From positions 1 through 18,861 of the forward strand of contig DAOOON010000013.1 of the NCBI GenBank assembly GCA_035387745.1: a DNA stretch of 18,861 nt. Direction: 5' to 3'. Both the position numbers and the translations under genes were made by a program. Position 1 is the first letter of the stretch. The number at the start of each line of letters is the position of its first letter. Source of the DNA: an archaeon (GTDB lineage Archaea > Iainarchaeota > Iainarchaeia > Iainarchaeales > CSSED10-239). Below, piece after piece: positions 1-9,047 of the stretch. The notes beneath the pieces were generated by a model, which was not told the DNA's origin, made no database searches, and saw only the letters and a program-made list of their open reading frames with translations.

Positions 1-1168
1 CAATCATATCATATATTTTTTTTTCTCCGCCAGCAAGTTTATTGGAATAACCAACAGGATAGATTGGCGGATGGTCCGTTGTTTCTTTTTCTCCGCGCGA
101 TGGGTGTATTGGTTTAGATAAGATTTCTTTAGCAACCGCAGCATAGTCTTTGTCTTGAAGCACAATCTCCACTATTTCTTTAAGATTAATGCTTGCAGGA
201 TAAACGGTGTTATCTGTTCTCGGATAGCTTATTAAACCTTGTTGATATAAGCTTTCTGCAATATTCATTGCTTGGTTAGTGCTTATTCCGAATACCGAAG
301 AAGCTGCTCTAAGAAAGCTAGTAGTGTTAAAAGGTTCTGGTCTGTTAAGTGTTTTTTCTTTTTTAGAGACGGCTTTAACAATTCCAGTCTTTTCATTTTT
401 TATATTTTCAAATATTTTTTTGCCTTTCTCAATATCAAAGAACTTTCCGTCTTTGTGGCTTCCTGAAAACTTAATTTTAGTTTTCTCAAAATTTGCAATT
501 ATTTCAATATATTTTTCTGGTACAAACTTCTGTCTTTCAAGTTCTCTTTCTACAATAAAGTTTAGTAAAGGCGTTTGAACTCTTCCAGCAGATATGAAAA
601 GTTTTCCTTTTCTATTAGATACTACAGAAAGATATCTAGTAAGTATTGCGCCCCATAAAAGATCAACTTCTTGACGCGCAAACACAGAGTCTGCATAATT
701 AAAATCTACTTTTCTTAAATTTTTAAAAGAATCAATTATCTCTTTTTCTGTTAAAGCACTAAAATACGCTCTATGAAGTTTTGTGTTTTTATTATTTTCA
801 ATAACATAGTTGTAAGCTTCAACACCAATTGCTTCTCCTTCTCTGTCCGCATCTGTTGCAACAATAATGTTTTCCAATTTGTCTCTTTTCTTTTTAAGGC
901 TAGAAATAATTCCTTTTTCAACTTGAAGATATGTAAGTTGTTTATCTGCTAAAAGATCAAGAGTATAAATATTCCAGTAGTTATTGTCTCCAACAAAGTC
1001 AACAGTGTTGATGTGCCCTCTAAGCGGGATAACTAGGGTATCCTTGCCATTAAAATTAAAAGAAAAGCAGTTTACTCCGTTTTCCACTATTGTTGTGAAA
1101 TTGTTGTTTGAGAGAATGCTTGCAATCCTTTTTCCTGCAATCGCTTTCTCTGAAATTATTAAGTCCAT
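1..1168 (-). CDS. topA: DNA topoisomerase IA, N-terminal ~389 codons (partial; 3' end runs off the left window edge)
   Basis: Absent from the ORF track because it is open at the edge. My minus-strand translation from the ATG (complement of 1166-1168) reads MDLIISEKAIAGKRIASIL... Toprim acidic motif VATDADREGEAI lies at 827-862. Active-site tyrosine motif GLISYPRTDN lies at 209-238 (Tyr codon 224-226). DHPPIYPVG lies near 60-90. No in-frame stops in the parts I translated. Confidence 0.85.
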   Translation of the reverse strand, partial: MDLIISEKAIAGKRIASILSNNNFTTIVENGVNCFSFNFNGKDTLVIPLRGHINTVDFVGDNNYWNIYTLDLLADKQLTYLQVEKGIISSLKKKRDKLENIIVATDADREGEAIGVEAYNYVIENNKNTKLHRAYFSALTEKEIIDSFKNLRKVDFNYADSVFARQEVDLLWGAILTRYLSVVSNRKGKLFISAGRVQTPLLNFIVERELERQKFVPEKYIEIIANFEKTKIKFSGSHKDGKFFDIEKGKKIFENIKNEKTGIVKAVSKKEKTLNRPEPFNTTSFLRAASSVFGISTNQAMNIAESLYQQGLISYPRTDNTVYPASINLKEIVEIVLQDKDYAAVAKEILSKPIHPSRGEKETTDHPPIYPVGYSNKLAGGEKKIYDMI

Positions 1169-1174
1169 TTTATT

Positions 1175-1645
1175 CTAGAAAGTAGTTTGTAAAATCTTTC
1201 TTGGAAGATTCTTGCTATTTTTATGTTCTTTTAAAATTGTCAGAATGCTTGCTTTTGTTATTCCGTCAATCTTGAAGATGCTGTCAAGCAAAGTCTTTAA
1301 GTCGCCTTTATCAAGAGCCATGACTCTTGCAAGAACGTTGTATTCTCCAGTGACTTCTACAACTTCTTTAATGTCTTCCATTTCTTTTAGTTTTTTAATA
1401 ATGTCATTTTGTTTTGAAGGGTCTATTGTAATTAATATTTCTACTTTTTCATTAAAGCCAAGTATCTCATAGTCAATCTCTGCAGTAATGGATTTAATTA
1501 TTCCTCTTTGCATTAATCTATCAAGTCTTTTCTTTATTGCGACATCTGTTAGATTAATGTCTTTTGCAATATTAGCAAAGGATACTCGCCCATTTGCTGC
1601 TAATTGCTCTATAATGTATTTGTCGATCTTATCTATTACTTGCAT
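1175..1645 (-). CDS. Lrp/AsnC-family transcriptional regulator (HTH plus RAM/ligand domain)
   Basis: 156 aa. N-terminal D..D..I...L..NGR.S...IA..I.L....I..R...L...GII pattern typical of the Lrp/AsnC HTH. C-terminal ...V.E.....G.Y....RV pattern of the RAM domain. The stop is 6 nt upstream of the topA ATG. Confidence 0.85.
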   Translation of the reverse strand: MQVIDKIDKYIIEQLAANGRVSFANIAKDINLTDVAIKKRLDRLMQRGIIKSITAEIDYEILGFNEKVEILITIDPSKQNDIIKKLKEMEDIKEVVEVTGEYNVLARVMALDKGDLKTLLDSIFKIDGITKASILTILKEHKNSKNLPRKILQTTF

Positions 1646-1662
1646 ATTTTATCTCTTTTTAA

Positions 1663-2376
1663 TTATTTAAATGGCTTTAATAAATCATATTTATCAAGAT
1701 ATACTTCTGTCTTTAATATTTCAATAAAAGGTATAACAAACATTACAAAAAAAACCATTGCAATGATTGGTCCAGCGAATACTCCAAAGACTATATCAAT
1801 AATGTAAGTAAAAAGTGTTAATATAAACGTTGTTACAAACAGATAAACGAAGTATACTGGCTTTTTCTTGATATAATTTAAGCTTAAAAAAACAGAGTGT
1901 TCTGCATTTTGTTTTTCCATAATAATTATTTGTGGTATAAACCAAAACAATAGAGTTATTATAAATAACGCGATGTTAACAAACACATTATTAACTAACC
2001 CAAAATCAAAAAGAATACAAAGAGCAACATATAATAATAAATAAAAAGAAATATTGAATTTTAAAAGCTCAATAAATGGTTTTTTTATTTCTCTAGAGTT
2101 TTTATTTTCAAAATCATATTCTCTTCCCATTTTATATACTACGATGGTTTGAAGAAGAGTATATGCAAAGACAATTGCAATAAAAGCCACAAGCGTTAAA
2201 ATAATAATTAATGGATCCTGGTTTAGCAGTTCATAAGTTAGATTTAGACTTCCCCCTGAAAGGCTAAACAAAGGATTAACCAAAAATAATGTAAATATTA
2301 ATAAAAGACTAGTTGCAAAAACAAGCTTAATATTACTAACATATTTTTTAAATGCAACTGCAATATCCATACTCAT
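1663..2376 (-). CDS. hypothetical polytopic membrane protein (about 6 hydrophobic segments)
   Basis: 237-aa ORF with an ATG start and a GGGG-containing SD-like motif about 7 nt upstream on the minus strand. Strongly hydrophobic segments. I recognise no family motif. Confidence 0.6.
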   Translation of the reverse strand: MSMDIAVAFKKYVSNIKLVFATSLLLIFTLFLVNPLFSLSGGSLNLTYELLNQDPLIIILTLVAFIAIVFAYTLLQTIVVYKMGREYDFENKNSREIKKPFIELLKFNISFYLLLYVALCILFDFGLVNNVFVNIALFIITLLFWFIPQIIIMEKQNAEHSVFLSLNYIKKKPVYFVYLFVTTFILTLFTYIIDIVFGVFAGPIIAMVFFVMFVIPFIEILKTEVYLDKYDLLKPFK

Positions 2377-2469
2377 AATAATTCCCCATTTATTTTTCTA
2401 ATTTTTTAATATATATTACTTAGTTTATATAATATATTAATAGAATTCTTTTTAAATAATTAACCTTTA

Positions 2470-3693
2470 CTAAAAAACAGGTCTAGCCTCTAGATATCCT
2501 GGTTTTGCAGCAGTTATTTTTACTTTTGAAGTTTTGCCTAAGATTAATTTGTCTTTTGGTACAACTACTTGCTTATAGTTATTTGTTCTGCCAATTAGTG
2601 TGTTGTTTTTGCCAAGCTCTATTAAAAGTATTTCTTTTGTTTTTCCAATAAGTTTCTTATTTTTTTCAAGAGCTATTTTTGCACAAATTTTGGTAACAAG
2701 TCTTGATCTTTCTTTTTTTATTCTGCCATGTAAATCTTTGTAATTGTTTGCCTCTATTCCTTTTCTCTGCCCAAACCTAGAAATATTTACAATATCAAAG
2801 TTACATTTTTTGAGCACTTCAACAGTTTCTAGAAAGTCCTTTTCAGTTTCTGTTGGAAAGCCTACAATAACATCTGTTGCGAGTGTTAAGCCTTTTATGT
2901 TTTTTTTAAAGTAATTAATCAAATCAAGATATTCTTTCTTTGTATGATGTCTATTCATTTTTTTAAGAACCGCATTGTTTCCGCTCTGCATTGGCACATG
3001 TAAAAATTTATACATTTTTTCTGATTTCATAATCTGAGAGATTTCCGTTTTATAATTTTTAAAATGTTGAGGGTTTCCCATGCCTAGGCGTATCCTGAAG
3101 TCTCCAGGAATTGTAATTATTTCTTTAAGAAGAGAAGCTATGTTTGTTTTGATGTCAAGGCCATAACATCCAGTATCTTGGGCTGTTAGAAGTATTTCTT
3201 TTGCTCCGTTGTTTACTGCTTCTTCAATTTCGGTTTTAATATCTTTGCTGCTTTTACTTTTCAATTTTCCTCTTGCAAACTTAACTGCGCAATAAGCGCA
3301 ATTGCCAAGACAACCATTAGCAATAATTAGGGTCTTTGTAATCTCGGCTTTTGTTTTTTTTTTAAGATTTCTAAATTTATCAAGATATTTTATTAATTTC
3401 GCTTTATCTTTTATTCCAAACATTTTGGCTTTTGGCAGAAGTTCTTTTAATTTACTAAAATCAATATCTATAAGACAACCAGTTAGTATTAGTTCTTTAT
3501 TAGAAAATTCTTTTTGATGATCTACAATGTATTTGTAGATTTTGGTTTCGGTCTGTTCTTTGACTCCGCAAGTATTTATTATTATAATGTCTGCGCTCTT
3601 TTCATCTTTGCTTTCTTTAATTCCCAAAACAATGTCTTGGCTGTCTCTTTGGTTTAAAGTACAGCCAAAGGTTTTAATAAAAATAGTTTTCAT
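2470..3693 (-). CDS. archaeal-type MiaB-like radical-SAM tRNA methylthiotransferase (MtaB/CDKAL1-like; UPF0004, radical SAM and TRAM domains)
   Basis: N-terminal IFIKTFGCTLNQRDS (UPF0004 cysteine), radical-SAM CLGNCAYC (CxxxCxxC), and a C-terminal TRAM-like beta segment (GKTSKVKITAAKPGYLEA). The track start at 3717 is a TTG that overlaps the upstream gene. The ATG at 3693 (MKTIFIKTFGC) sits 7 nt after that gene's stop and is more likely. Confidence 0.85.
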   Translation of the reverse strand: MKTIFIKTFGCTLNQRDSQDIVLGIKESKDEKSADIIIINTCGVKEQTETKIYKYIVDHQKEFSNKELILTGCLIDIDFSKLKELLPKAKMFGIKDKAKLIKYLDKFRNLKKKTKAEITKTLIIANGCLGNCAYCAVKFARGKLKSKSSKDIKTEIEEAVNNGAKEILLTAQDTGCYGLDIKTNIASLLKEIITIPGDFRIRLGMGNPQHFKNYKTEISQIMKSEKMYKFLHVPMQSGNNAVLKKMNRHHTKKEYLDLINYFKKNIKGLTLATDVIVGFPTETEKDFLETVEVLKKCNFDIVNISRFGQRKGIEANNYKDLHGRIKKERSRLVTKICAKIALEKNKKLIGKTKEILLIELGKNNTLIGRTNNYKQVVVPKDKLILGKTSKVKITAAKPGYLEARPVF

Positions 3694-3700
3694 AGTGCCT

Positions 3701-4087
3701 TTATTTTTTGTGTGCAATGATTCCTATAGCCCCAGAAACAATAAAACCTAAGAATGAAGAAGACATTAGCTGTTTTAATATCTCGAGATTTTTAGGTATT
3801 TTCATATTATTTAAAATTATATAAATTTGATAAACATAAATATAAACAATTAAAACATAGCACAGAACACTTATAACAATAAAAAGAATAAAAAGCGTCC
3901 ACTTATTCCATTTTGTGTATTCTTCGACCATCGGCATTACAAAATACAATCCAAAGAACGCGACAACTGGTAAAAGGATATACATCGGGCTAGTAAAGAA
4001 GTTTTCTTTTGCTAAAAAATAAAATAATCCTTGTGCTAAAACATAGGACAATAAGAAGAATAAAATAAATTTAAGAGTTTTGTTCAT
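3701..4087 (-). CDS. small hypothetical membrane protein (about 4 TM segments)
   Basis: Hydrophobic ORF. The track start at 4123 is a TTG; the ATG at 4087 (MNKTLKFILFFLL) gives a typical short basic N-terminus followed by a TM segment. No recognisable family. Confidence 0.55.
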   Translation of the reverse strand: MNKTLKFILFFLLSYVLAQGLFYFLAKENFFTSPMYILLPVVAFFGLYFVMPMVEEYTKWNKWTLFILFIVISVLCYVLIVYIYVYQIYIILNNMKIPKNLEILKQLMSSSFLGFIVSGAIGIIAHKK

Positions 4088-4229
4088 AATATCACTATCT
4101 TTAATATAATATATTAAGTACAAAAGAGTTTTAAATGGTTTAGAATATTAAAAGAATATATTTAAAAAGAAGTTGATAGACTATTAGAATAGCTAAATAA
4201 TATATAATATAGAATATAATGGTATAATT

Positions 4230-5192
4230 ATGATTACAGCATCTGCGCCTTGGACAGAAAAGTACAGGCCACAAAGGCTTGACGATATTTCCGGGCAAAA
4301 ACACGTGGTATCTAAGCTTAAGAAATATGTAGAAAACAAGTCAATTCCAAATATGCTTTTTGCAGGTCCACCAGGAGTTGGGAAAACCTGTTGTGCTATA
4401 GCTCTAGCTAAAGAATTATTTAAAGATGGCTATTCTCAAGATTTTTTAGAGCTAAATGCAAGCGATGAAAGAGGGATTGGGGTTGTTAGAGGGGCGATAA
4501 AGGATTTTGCCAGGACCATCGCTCTAACTTCAAGTTTTAAAATTATATTTTTAGATGAAGCAGATGCTTTGACTCCCGAAGCCCAGCAGGCTCTAAGAAG
4601 AACCATGGAGAAATACACAAACACCGTTAGGTTTATTCTAAATGCAAATTATTCTTCTAAACTAATACCGCCAATACAAAGCAGATGTGCGTTATTTAAG
4701 TTTAAACCTTTAACAAAAGAAGATATAAAAGACAGAATAGAATATATTGTTAAAGAAGAAAAAATAAAAATAGACAAAGAAGCAATTGCCGCAATTAACG
4801 AAGTTTGCGAAGGAGATTTAAGAACCGCAATTAATCTTTTACAGACTGCCGCTTCAACTAGTGAACACATAACTGAAAAAGATATTTATATTGTTTCTAA
4901 CTCTGCTCAGCCACAAGACATTATCAATTTAATTGATGCTTGTCTAACAAAAGATTTTTTAAAGGCCCGAACAACACTAGAAACTTTGTTGTTTGATCAC
5001 GGGTTGTCGGGAGAAGACATAATCAATCACATCTATAAAAAAATTATTGCATATCCTGAAAATCAAATTTCAATAGATAAAAAATTAAAAATAATAGACA
5101 AGATTGCAGAGTTTAATTATAGGTTAGTGCAAGGCGCAAATGACAGAATACAACTAGAAGCATTATTGTCTCAAATAATATTAATCGAATAG
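4230..5192 (+). CDS. rfcS: replication factor C small subunit (clamp loader AAA+ ATPase)
   Basis: RFC box II WTEKYRPQRLDDISGQ, Walker A GPPGVGKT, Walker B FLDEADALT, and SRC motif IQSRCALFKF. Length 320 aa is typical of archaeal RfcS. Confidence 0.9.
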   Translation: MITASAPWTEKYRPQRLDDISGQKHVVSKLKKYVENKSIPNMLFAGPPGVGKTCCAIALAKELFKDGYSQDFLELNASDERGIGVVRGAIKDFARTIALTSSFKIIFLDEADALTPEAQQALRRTMEKYTNTVRFILNANYSSKLIPPIQSRCALFKFKPLTKEDIKDRIEYIVKEEKIKIDKEAIAAINEVCEGDLRTAINLLQTAASTSEHITEKDIYIVSNSAQPQDIINLIDACLTKDFLKARTTLETLLFDHGLSGEDIINHIYKKIIAYPENQISIDKKLKIIDKIAEFNYRLVQGANDRIQLEALLSQIILIE

Positions 5193-5202
5193 GTGAAATA
5201 AA

Positions 5203-6972
5203 TTGGTATCATATCTAGATGAACTAAAGGCCCAGATGGCAAAAGATATTGATAAATCAAATAAAAGTAATGATAAAAAAATAGAGGCGCCACCAAAAGA
5301 AATAAAAAAAGAAGAACTAAAAACCGCATCAGCAACCACTACCTCGAATCCAGAAACAAAGCCAAAAGAACAACCAAAGCTCGATAATCTTAAAGATGCA
5401 TTTAGTTCTGTCTCTCAAGAATTAAACAAAGTCGCACCAAAGCAATCTCCAGAATCTTTAAAGTCTTTAATGGGAGATATAAAAGATGAAAGAGAAGCAG
5501 ATTCTTTAATTTCTAAATGGGAAAGAACAGGAACCGTTATAACAAAGTATGGCGACACAGAAGTCTACAGAGTTCCGGATGAACCATTATTTTATTATAA
5601 AACAAATATTCCAAAGCCCTCGCCTAGTCAAAAACTAATTATAAATACTTTAAAAGAAGCAACCACAAGGCTTGTTTCTACAGACCCTTATAAAATCAGA
5701 GATCCAAAACAAAGACAAAATATCTATTATCAAAAGATTTTAGAAATTCTAGAGAACGCCCCAGAAATTAATGTTCCAAAGCATTTGTTTGACTTCTATG
5801 CTAAGGCAGTAGTTACAGAAATGGTGGGTTATGGAGTAATTGATACATTAATACACGACAGTAAGCTTGAAGAAATCATGATTATCGGCCCAAAAAAGCC
5901 AGTATATATCTATCACAGGGACTATGGAATGATGTATACAAATATTATTTTTTATTCTGATGATGAAATACAAAATATCATTGATAAAATCGCAAGAATT
6001 CTTGGTAGAAGAGTAGATATATCTAATCCTTTGCTTGATGCTAGACTTCCGGATGGCTCTCGTGTTAATGCCACCATTCCTCCTGCATCAATTGATGGTT
6101 CTACAATAACCATTAGAAAGTTTAGAGAGGATCCATATACTATAGTAGACCTAGTTAACTTTGGAACAATCAATTTAGAAGTTGCTGCGTTTATGTGGGT
6201 TGTTGTTGAAGGACTTGGCGCAAAGCCAGCAAACATTCTAATATCTGGAGGCACAGGTTCTGGTAAAACCACGTTACTTAATGTTCTTGCAAATTTTATT
6301 CCAGACTCTAGTAGAGTTCTAACCATCGAAGACACAGCTGAATTAAAATTACCAATTAAACACATTATTCGTTTTGAAGGAAAACCTCCTGGTTTAGAAG
6401 GCACAGGAGAATTGACTCTTGAAATTCTTGTAAAAAACACTTTAAGAATGAGACCAGACAGAATAATAGTTGGTGAAATTAGACATTTAGAAGCAAGCAC
6501 GCTATTTACTGCAATGAATACAGGTCACGATGGTTGTATGGGCACAATCCACGCAAATTCTGCAAGAGAAACTCTTGTTAGAATTACGTCTCCACCAATG
6601 GATGTTCCTATGCTAATGCTTGCAGGCCTTGATTTTATTATTGTTGAAAAAAGAATGAATACATCAAGAGGGCTAGTCAGAAGAATAGTCGAGATTGCAG
6701 AGATTACGGGTGTTTTTGAAAATAATCCTCAAGCAAACATAATATTTAGATGGAATCCACAAACAGATAATCTTGAAAGAACAAATGAGCCAATAAAGTT
6801 CTTTGATATTATTAAAATGTATACAAAATACGGAGATTCTGATATAAAGCGAATTTTAGAAGAAAGGATAAGCCTTATAAATCAATTAGTTAAAAATAAT
6901 ATAAGAAGCATAAATGAAGTTTCAAAGACTGTGCAAGAAGTATATACTAATAATAGTAAAAAAAATGAGTGA
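5203..6972 (+). CDS. type IV filament assembly ATPase, FlaI/ArlI-EpdL-TadA (GspE/VirB11 superfamily)
   Basis: Walker A SGGTGSGKTT, Asp box RVLTIEDTAEL, Walker B RPDRIIVGEIR, and His box GHDGCMGTIHANS. Apparent TTG start at 5203, 6 nt after AGGTGA (5191-5196), which overlaps the rfcS stop. The next in-frame ATG is at 5236. The first ~100 aa are K/E/P/T-rich low complexity. Confidence 0.85.
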   Translation: MVSYLDELKAQMAKDIDKSNKSNDKKIEAPPKEIKKEELKTASATTTSNPETKPKEQPKLDNLKDAFSSVSQELNKVAPKQSPESLKSLMGDIKDEREADSLISKWERTGTVITKYGDTEVYRVPDEPLFYYKTNIPKPSPSQKLIINTLKEATTRLVSTDPYKIRDPKQRQNIYYQKILEILENAPEINVPKHLFDFYAKAVVTEMVGYGVIDTLIHDSKLEEIMIIGPKKPVYIYHRDYGMMYTNIIFYSDDEIQNIIDKIARILGRRVDISNPLLDARLPDGSRVNATIPPASIDGSTITIRKFREDPYTIVDLVNFGTINLEVAAFMWVVVEGLGAKPANILISGGTGSGKTTLLNVLANFIPDSSRVLTIEDTAELKLPIKHIIRFEGKPPGLEGTGELTLEILVKNTLRMRPDRIIVGEIRHLEASTLFTAMNTGHDGCMGTIHANSARETLVRITSPPMDVPMLMLAGLDFIIVEKRMNTSRGLVRRIVEIAEITGVFENNPQANIIFRWNPQTDNLERTNEPIKFFDIIKMYTKYGDSDIKRILEERISLINQLVKNNIRSINEVSKTVQEVYTNNSKKNE

Positions 6973-6980
6973 TCTAAAAA

Positions 6981-8129
6981 ATGCCAGAAGAAGATAAAAG
7001 ACTTAAAATTTTAAGAAAAGAATTAGATAAAGATGACTCTAGTGCTTCAAAAGTAGATCTTGACGCTATACAAAATATTGTTTCAAAGATTAAAGACAAA
7101 GACAGAGCAAAAGGCGTTTCTGGAAATGTTTCTGAAAGTCACTTAAAAGAACTTAGAGACATAATATCTGAAGGAAAGCTGGCTAAACTTAATGTTGATA
7201 CAGAAGCCAAACTTTTAGAAAACTCTGCATCAGAACTTGATAAAGGCGCAGTAAAGATATACAAGGCAGTTCCGGGTTTTATTAATTATATTGTCAAATC
7301 TATAATAAAAAGAAGTATAGGAAGAAAAATTGCATTTTATTTGTATTCTGCAGATATTAAAAAAACTCTTGTGCAGCATCTAGTTTTATCAGTAATTTAT
7401 TCTTTACTTGTAACATTATTTATAGGAATTTTAACTCTAGGAATAATTGCAATAATTAATCCAATGTTTTTGATAATTTGGCCATTTATTCTGATATTTA
7501 TATTTTTACTGGCTGTTGTTTCATTTGCTTATCTTTCGCCTATGCAAAAAGCAAGGCTTAGAGGCATAATGATTGATACAGAATTGCCCTATGTTCTAAG
7601 ACACATCTCAACAGAATTACAAGCAGGTATTGGTTTATATAAAACTTTACAATCTGTTGCAAAGAACGATTATGGTGTTCTTTCTCAAGAGATGTCAAGA
7701 ACAATCATGGAAATTGAAAATGGAACAGACACAAAAACAGCATTAAGGCACATGGCTTTAAGAAGCCAATCTAAAAGTTTTAATATTGCAATTTTTCACA
7801 TAGTTAGAACATTAAATACTGGTGGTAATCTTTCATTAAGTATTGATAGTGTTGCAGATTCTGTATCTTTTGATTTACTTGAAGCATCAAAGCAATTTGG
7901 AGAAAAAATGAATTTCTTTGGTATTATTTTTATTTTTATTGCAATTGTTTTACCTGTATTTTTAGCAATATTAAGTTCAATTGCTAATGCTCCAATTGGA
8001 CAAGGCGGAGAGCTTTTCCTTCCAGGAATCCTAACGCCGACATTGCTTGCAATTATTTATGTAATTGTAATGCCTGCAATATTTGTATTTATTACATATT
8101 ACATAAAGATGATAGAACCAAAAATGTGA
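6981..8129 (+). CDS. pilus platform membrane protein, single T2SSF domain (TadB/TadC-, EpdJ/K-, FlaJ-like), with ~110-aa charged N-terminal extension
   Basis: T2SSF-like helical segment LPYVLRHISTELQAGIGLYKTLQSVAKNDYGVLSQEM...ENGTDTKTAL...LNTGGNLSLSIDSVAD, flanked by TM segments. Starts 8 nt after the ATPase stop. Confidence 0.8.
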   Translation: MPEEDKRLKILRKELDKDDSSASKVDLDAIQNIVSKIKDKDRAKGVSGNVSESHLKELRDIISEGKLAKLNVDTEAKLLENSASELDKGAVKIYKAVPGFINYIVKSIIKRSIGRKIAFYLYSADIKKTLVQHLVLSVIYSLLVTLFIGILTLGIIAIINPMFLIIWPFILIFIFLLAVVSFAYLSPMQKARLRGIMIDTELPYVLRHISTELQAGIGLYKTLQSVAKNDYGVLSQEMSRTIMEIENGTDTKTALRHMALRSQSKSFNIAIFHIVRTLNTGGNLSLSIDSVADSVSFDLLEASKQFGEKMNFFGIIFIFIAIVLPVFLAILSSIANAPIGQGGELFLPGILTPTLLAIIYVIVMPAIFVFITYYIKMIEPKM

Positions 8130-8138
8130 TTTAAGAAA

Positions 8139-9044
8139 ATGGCAAAATTAAAAGAAATGATGGACAGATATCAAATTTATCTATATTCACAAAAACTAAA
8201 GATAAAAGCATCATATTGGTTTGCAATAGTTTTAATTGTTTCTGTATTAATTGGCGCTCTTGCGTTTTTAATTAACGCAAAGATTGGAATTTTATTATTT
8301 GCTATTCTTCTTGATCTTGGTTTTGGAATTCCATATTATTTGTATTTTAAAAATCTTGATGAGATAGAAAAATATTGGCCCGAGGCGCTAAGATTAATTG
8401 CAGATACCATGAAATCTGGTTCTTCTCTTGATTATGCTTTAAGAGAAGCTAGTTCTGCAGACTTTGGCCCCCTTTCAAAAGAGTTTGATGAAGTTATTAG
8501 AAGACTTGAAATGGGAGATACCATGGCGCAGTCTTTAGATCACATGGCTCTTAGAATCGAGTCTAAAATTGTTAGAAGAACAATTACTTTAATTCAAGAA
8601 TGCCTAAAGACTGGTGCACAGCTTGCAGATGTTCTTGAAGAGATTGCAAATGACACAAAACAGATGTTTAGAATTAAAAAAGAAAGAGTAACAAAAACCA
8701 TGCTGCAAGTAATTTTTATATTTGCTGCGGGCGCAGTCATTGCTCCTTTTATTTTTGGTTTGACAAACGTTATTACTCAGTTTTTAACAACTATATCTTC
8801 AACAGCTGGCGTTGCAACAGCAGGCGCCTTAGCAACCGCGACTGCCACTCAAGAATCTTTAGCGTTTTTACTGGATATTTATTTATTGATTGAAGTTGCC
8901 GCAGCAGCAGTTATTGTTAGTTTGATGAGGCAAGGCAAGTTTACAAATGCCGTTGTTTTCTTTCCAATTATGGTTATTATTTCTTTTATAATATATATGG
9001 TATCACAAGCGGTGATATCTGGAATACTAATAGAGGCAGTATAA
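8139..9044 (+). CDS. second pilus platform membrane protein, single T2SSF domain (TadB/TadC-like)
   Basis: WPEALRLIADTMKSGSSLDYALREASSADFGPLSKEFDEVIRRLEMGDTMAQSL...LKTGAQLADVLEEIAND matches the T2SSF pattern. TM segments lie on both sides. Starts 9 nt after the previous stop. Confidence 0.8.
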   Translation: MAKLKEMMDRYQIYLYSQKLKIKASYWFAIVLIVSVLIGALAFLINAKIGILLFAILLDLGFGIPYYLYFKNLDEIEKYWPEALRLIADTMKSGSSLDYALREASSADFGPLSKEFDEVIRRLEMGDTMAQSLDHMALRIESKIVRRTITLIQECLKTGAQLADVLEEIANDTKQMFRIKKERVTKTMLQVIFIFAAGAVIAPFIFGLTNVITQFLTTISSTAGVATAGALATATATQESLAFLLDIYLLIEVAAAAVIVSLMRQGKFTNAVVFFPIMVIISFIIYMVSQAVISGILIEAV

Positions 9045-9047
9045 ACT

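Noticed and set aside
272-1178. Plus-strand ORFs 272-466, 279-578 and 984-1178
   Set aside because: They lie antisense to the topoisomerase IA frame, which carries the Toprim and active-site Tyr motifs. Their translations are low-complexity F/S/L strings.
1212-1807. Plus-strand ORFs 1212-1472, 1488-1670 and 1604-1807
   Set aside because: They are antisense to the Lrp/AsnC gene and the 237-aa membrane protein gene and have no motifs.
3302-3751. Plus-strand ORFs 3302-3517 and 3542-3751
   Set aside because: They are antisense to the MiaB-like radical-SAM gene, whose frame is supported by the CxxxCxxC and TRAM motifs.
4124-4229. Replication origin at the strand-switch point next to rfcS
   Set aside because: The spacer is only about 100-140 nt. 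It has no long ORB-like inverted repeats and no adjacent orc1/cdc6. Divergent promoters explain it adequately.
5952-6500. 182-aa minus-strand ORF inside the pilus ATPase gene
   Set aside because: It is fully antisense to a gene with unambiguous ATPase motifs. Its translation is low-complexity (S/P/L-rich) with no motif. Long antisense frames are expected opposite strongly biased coding sequence.
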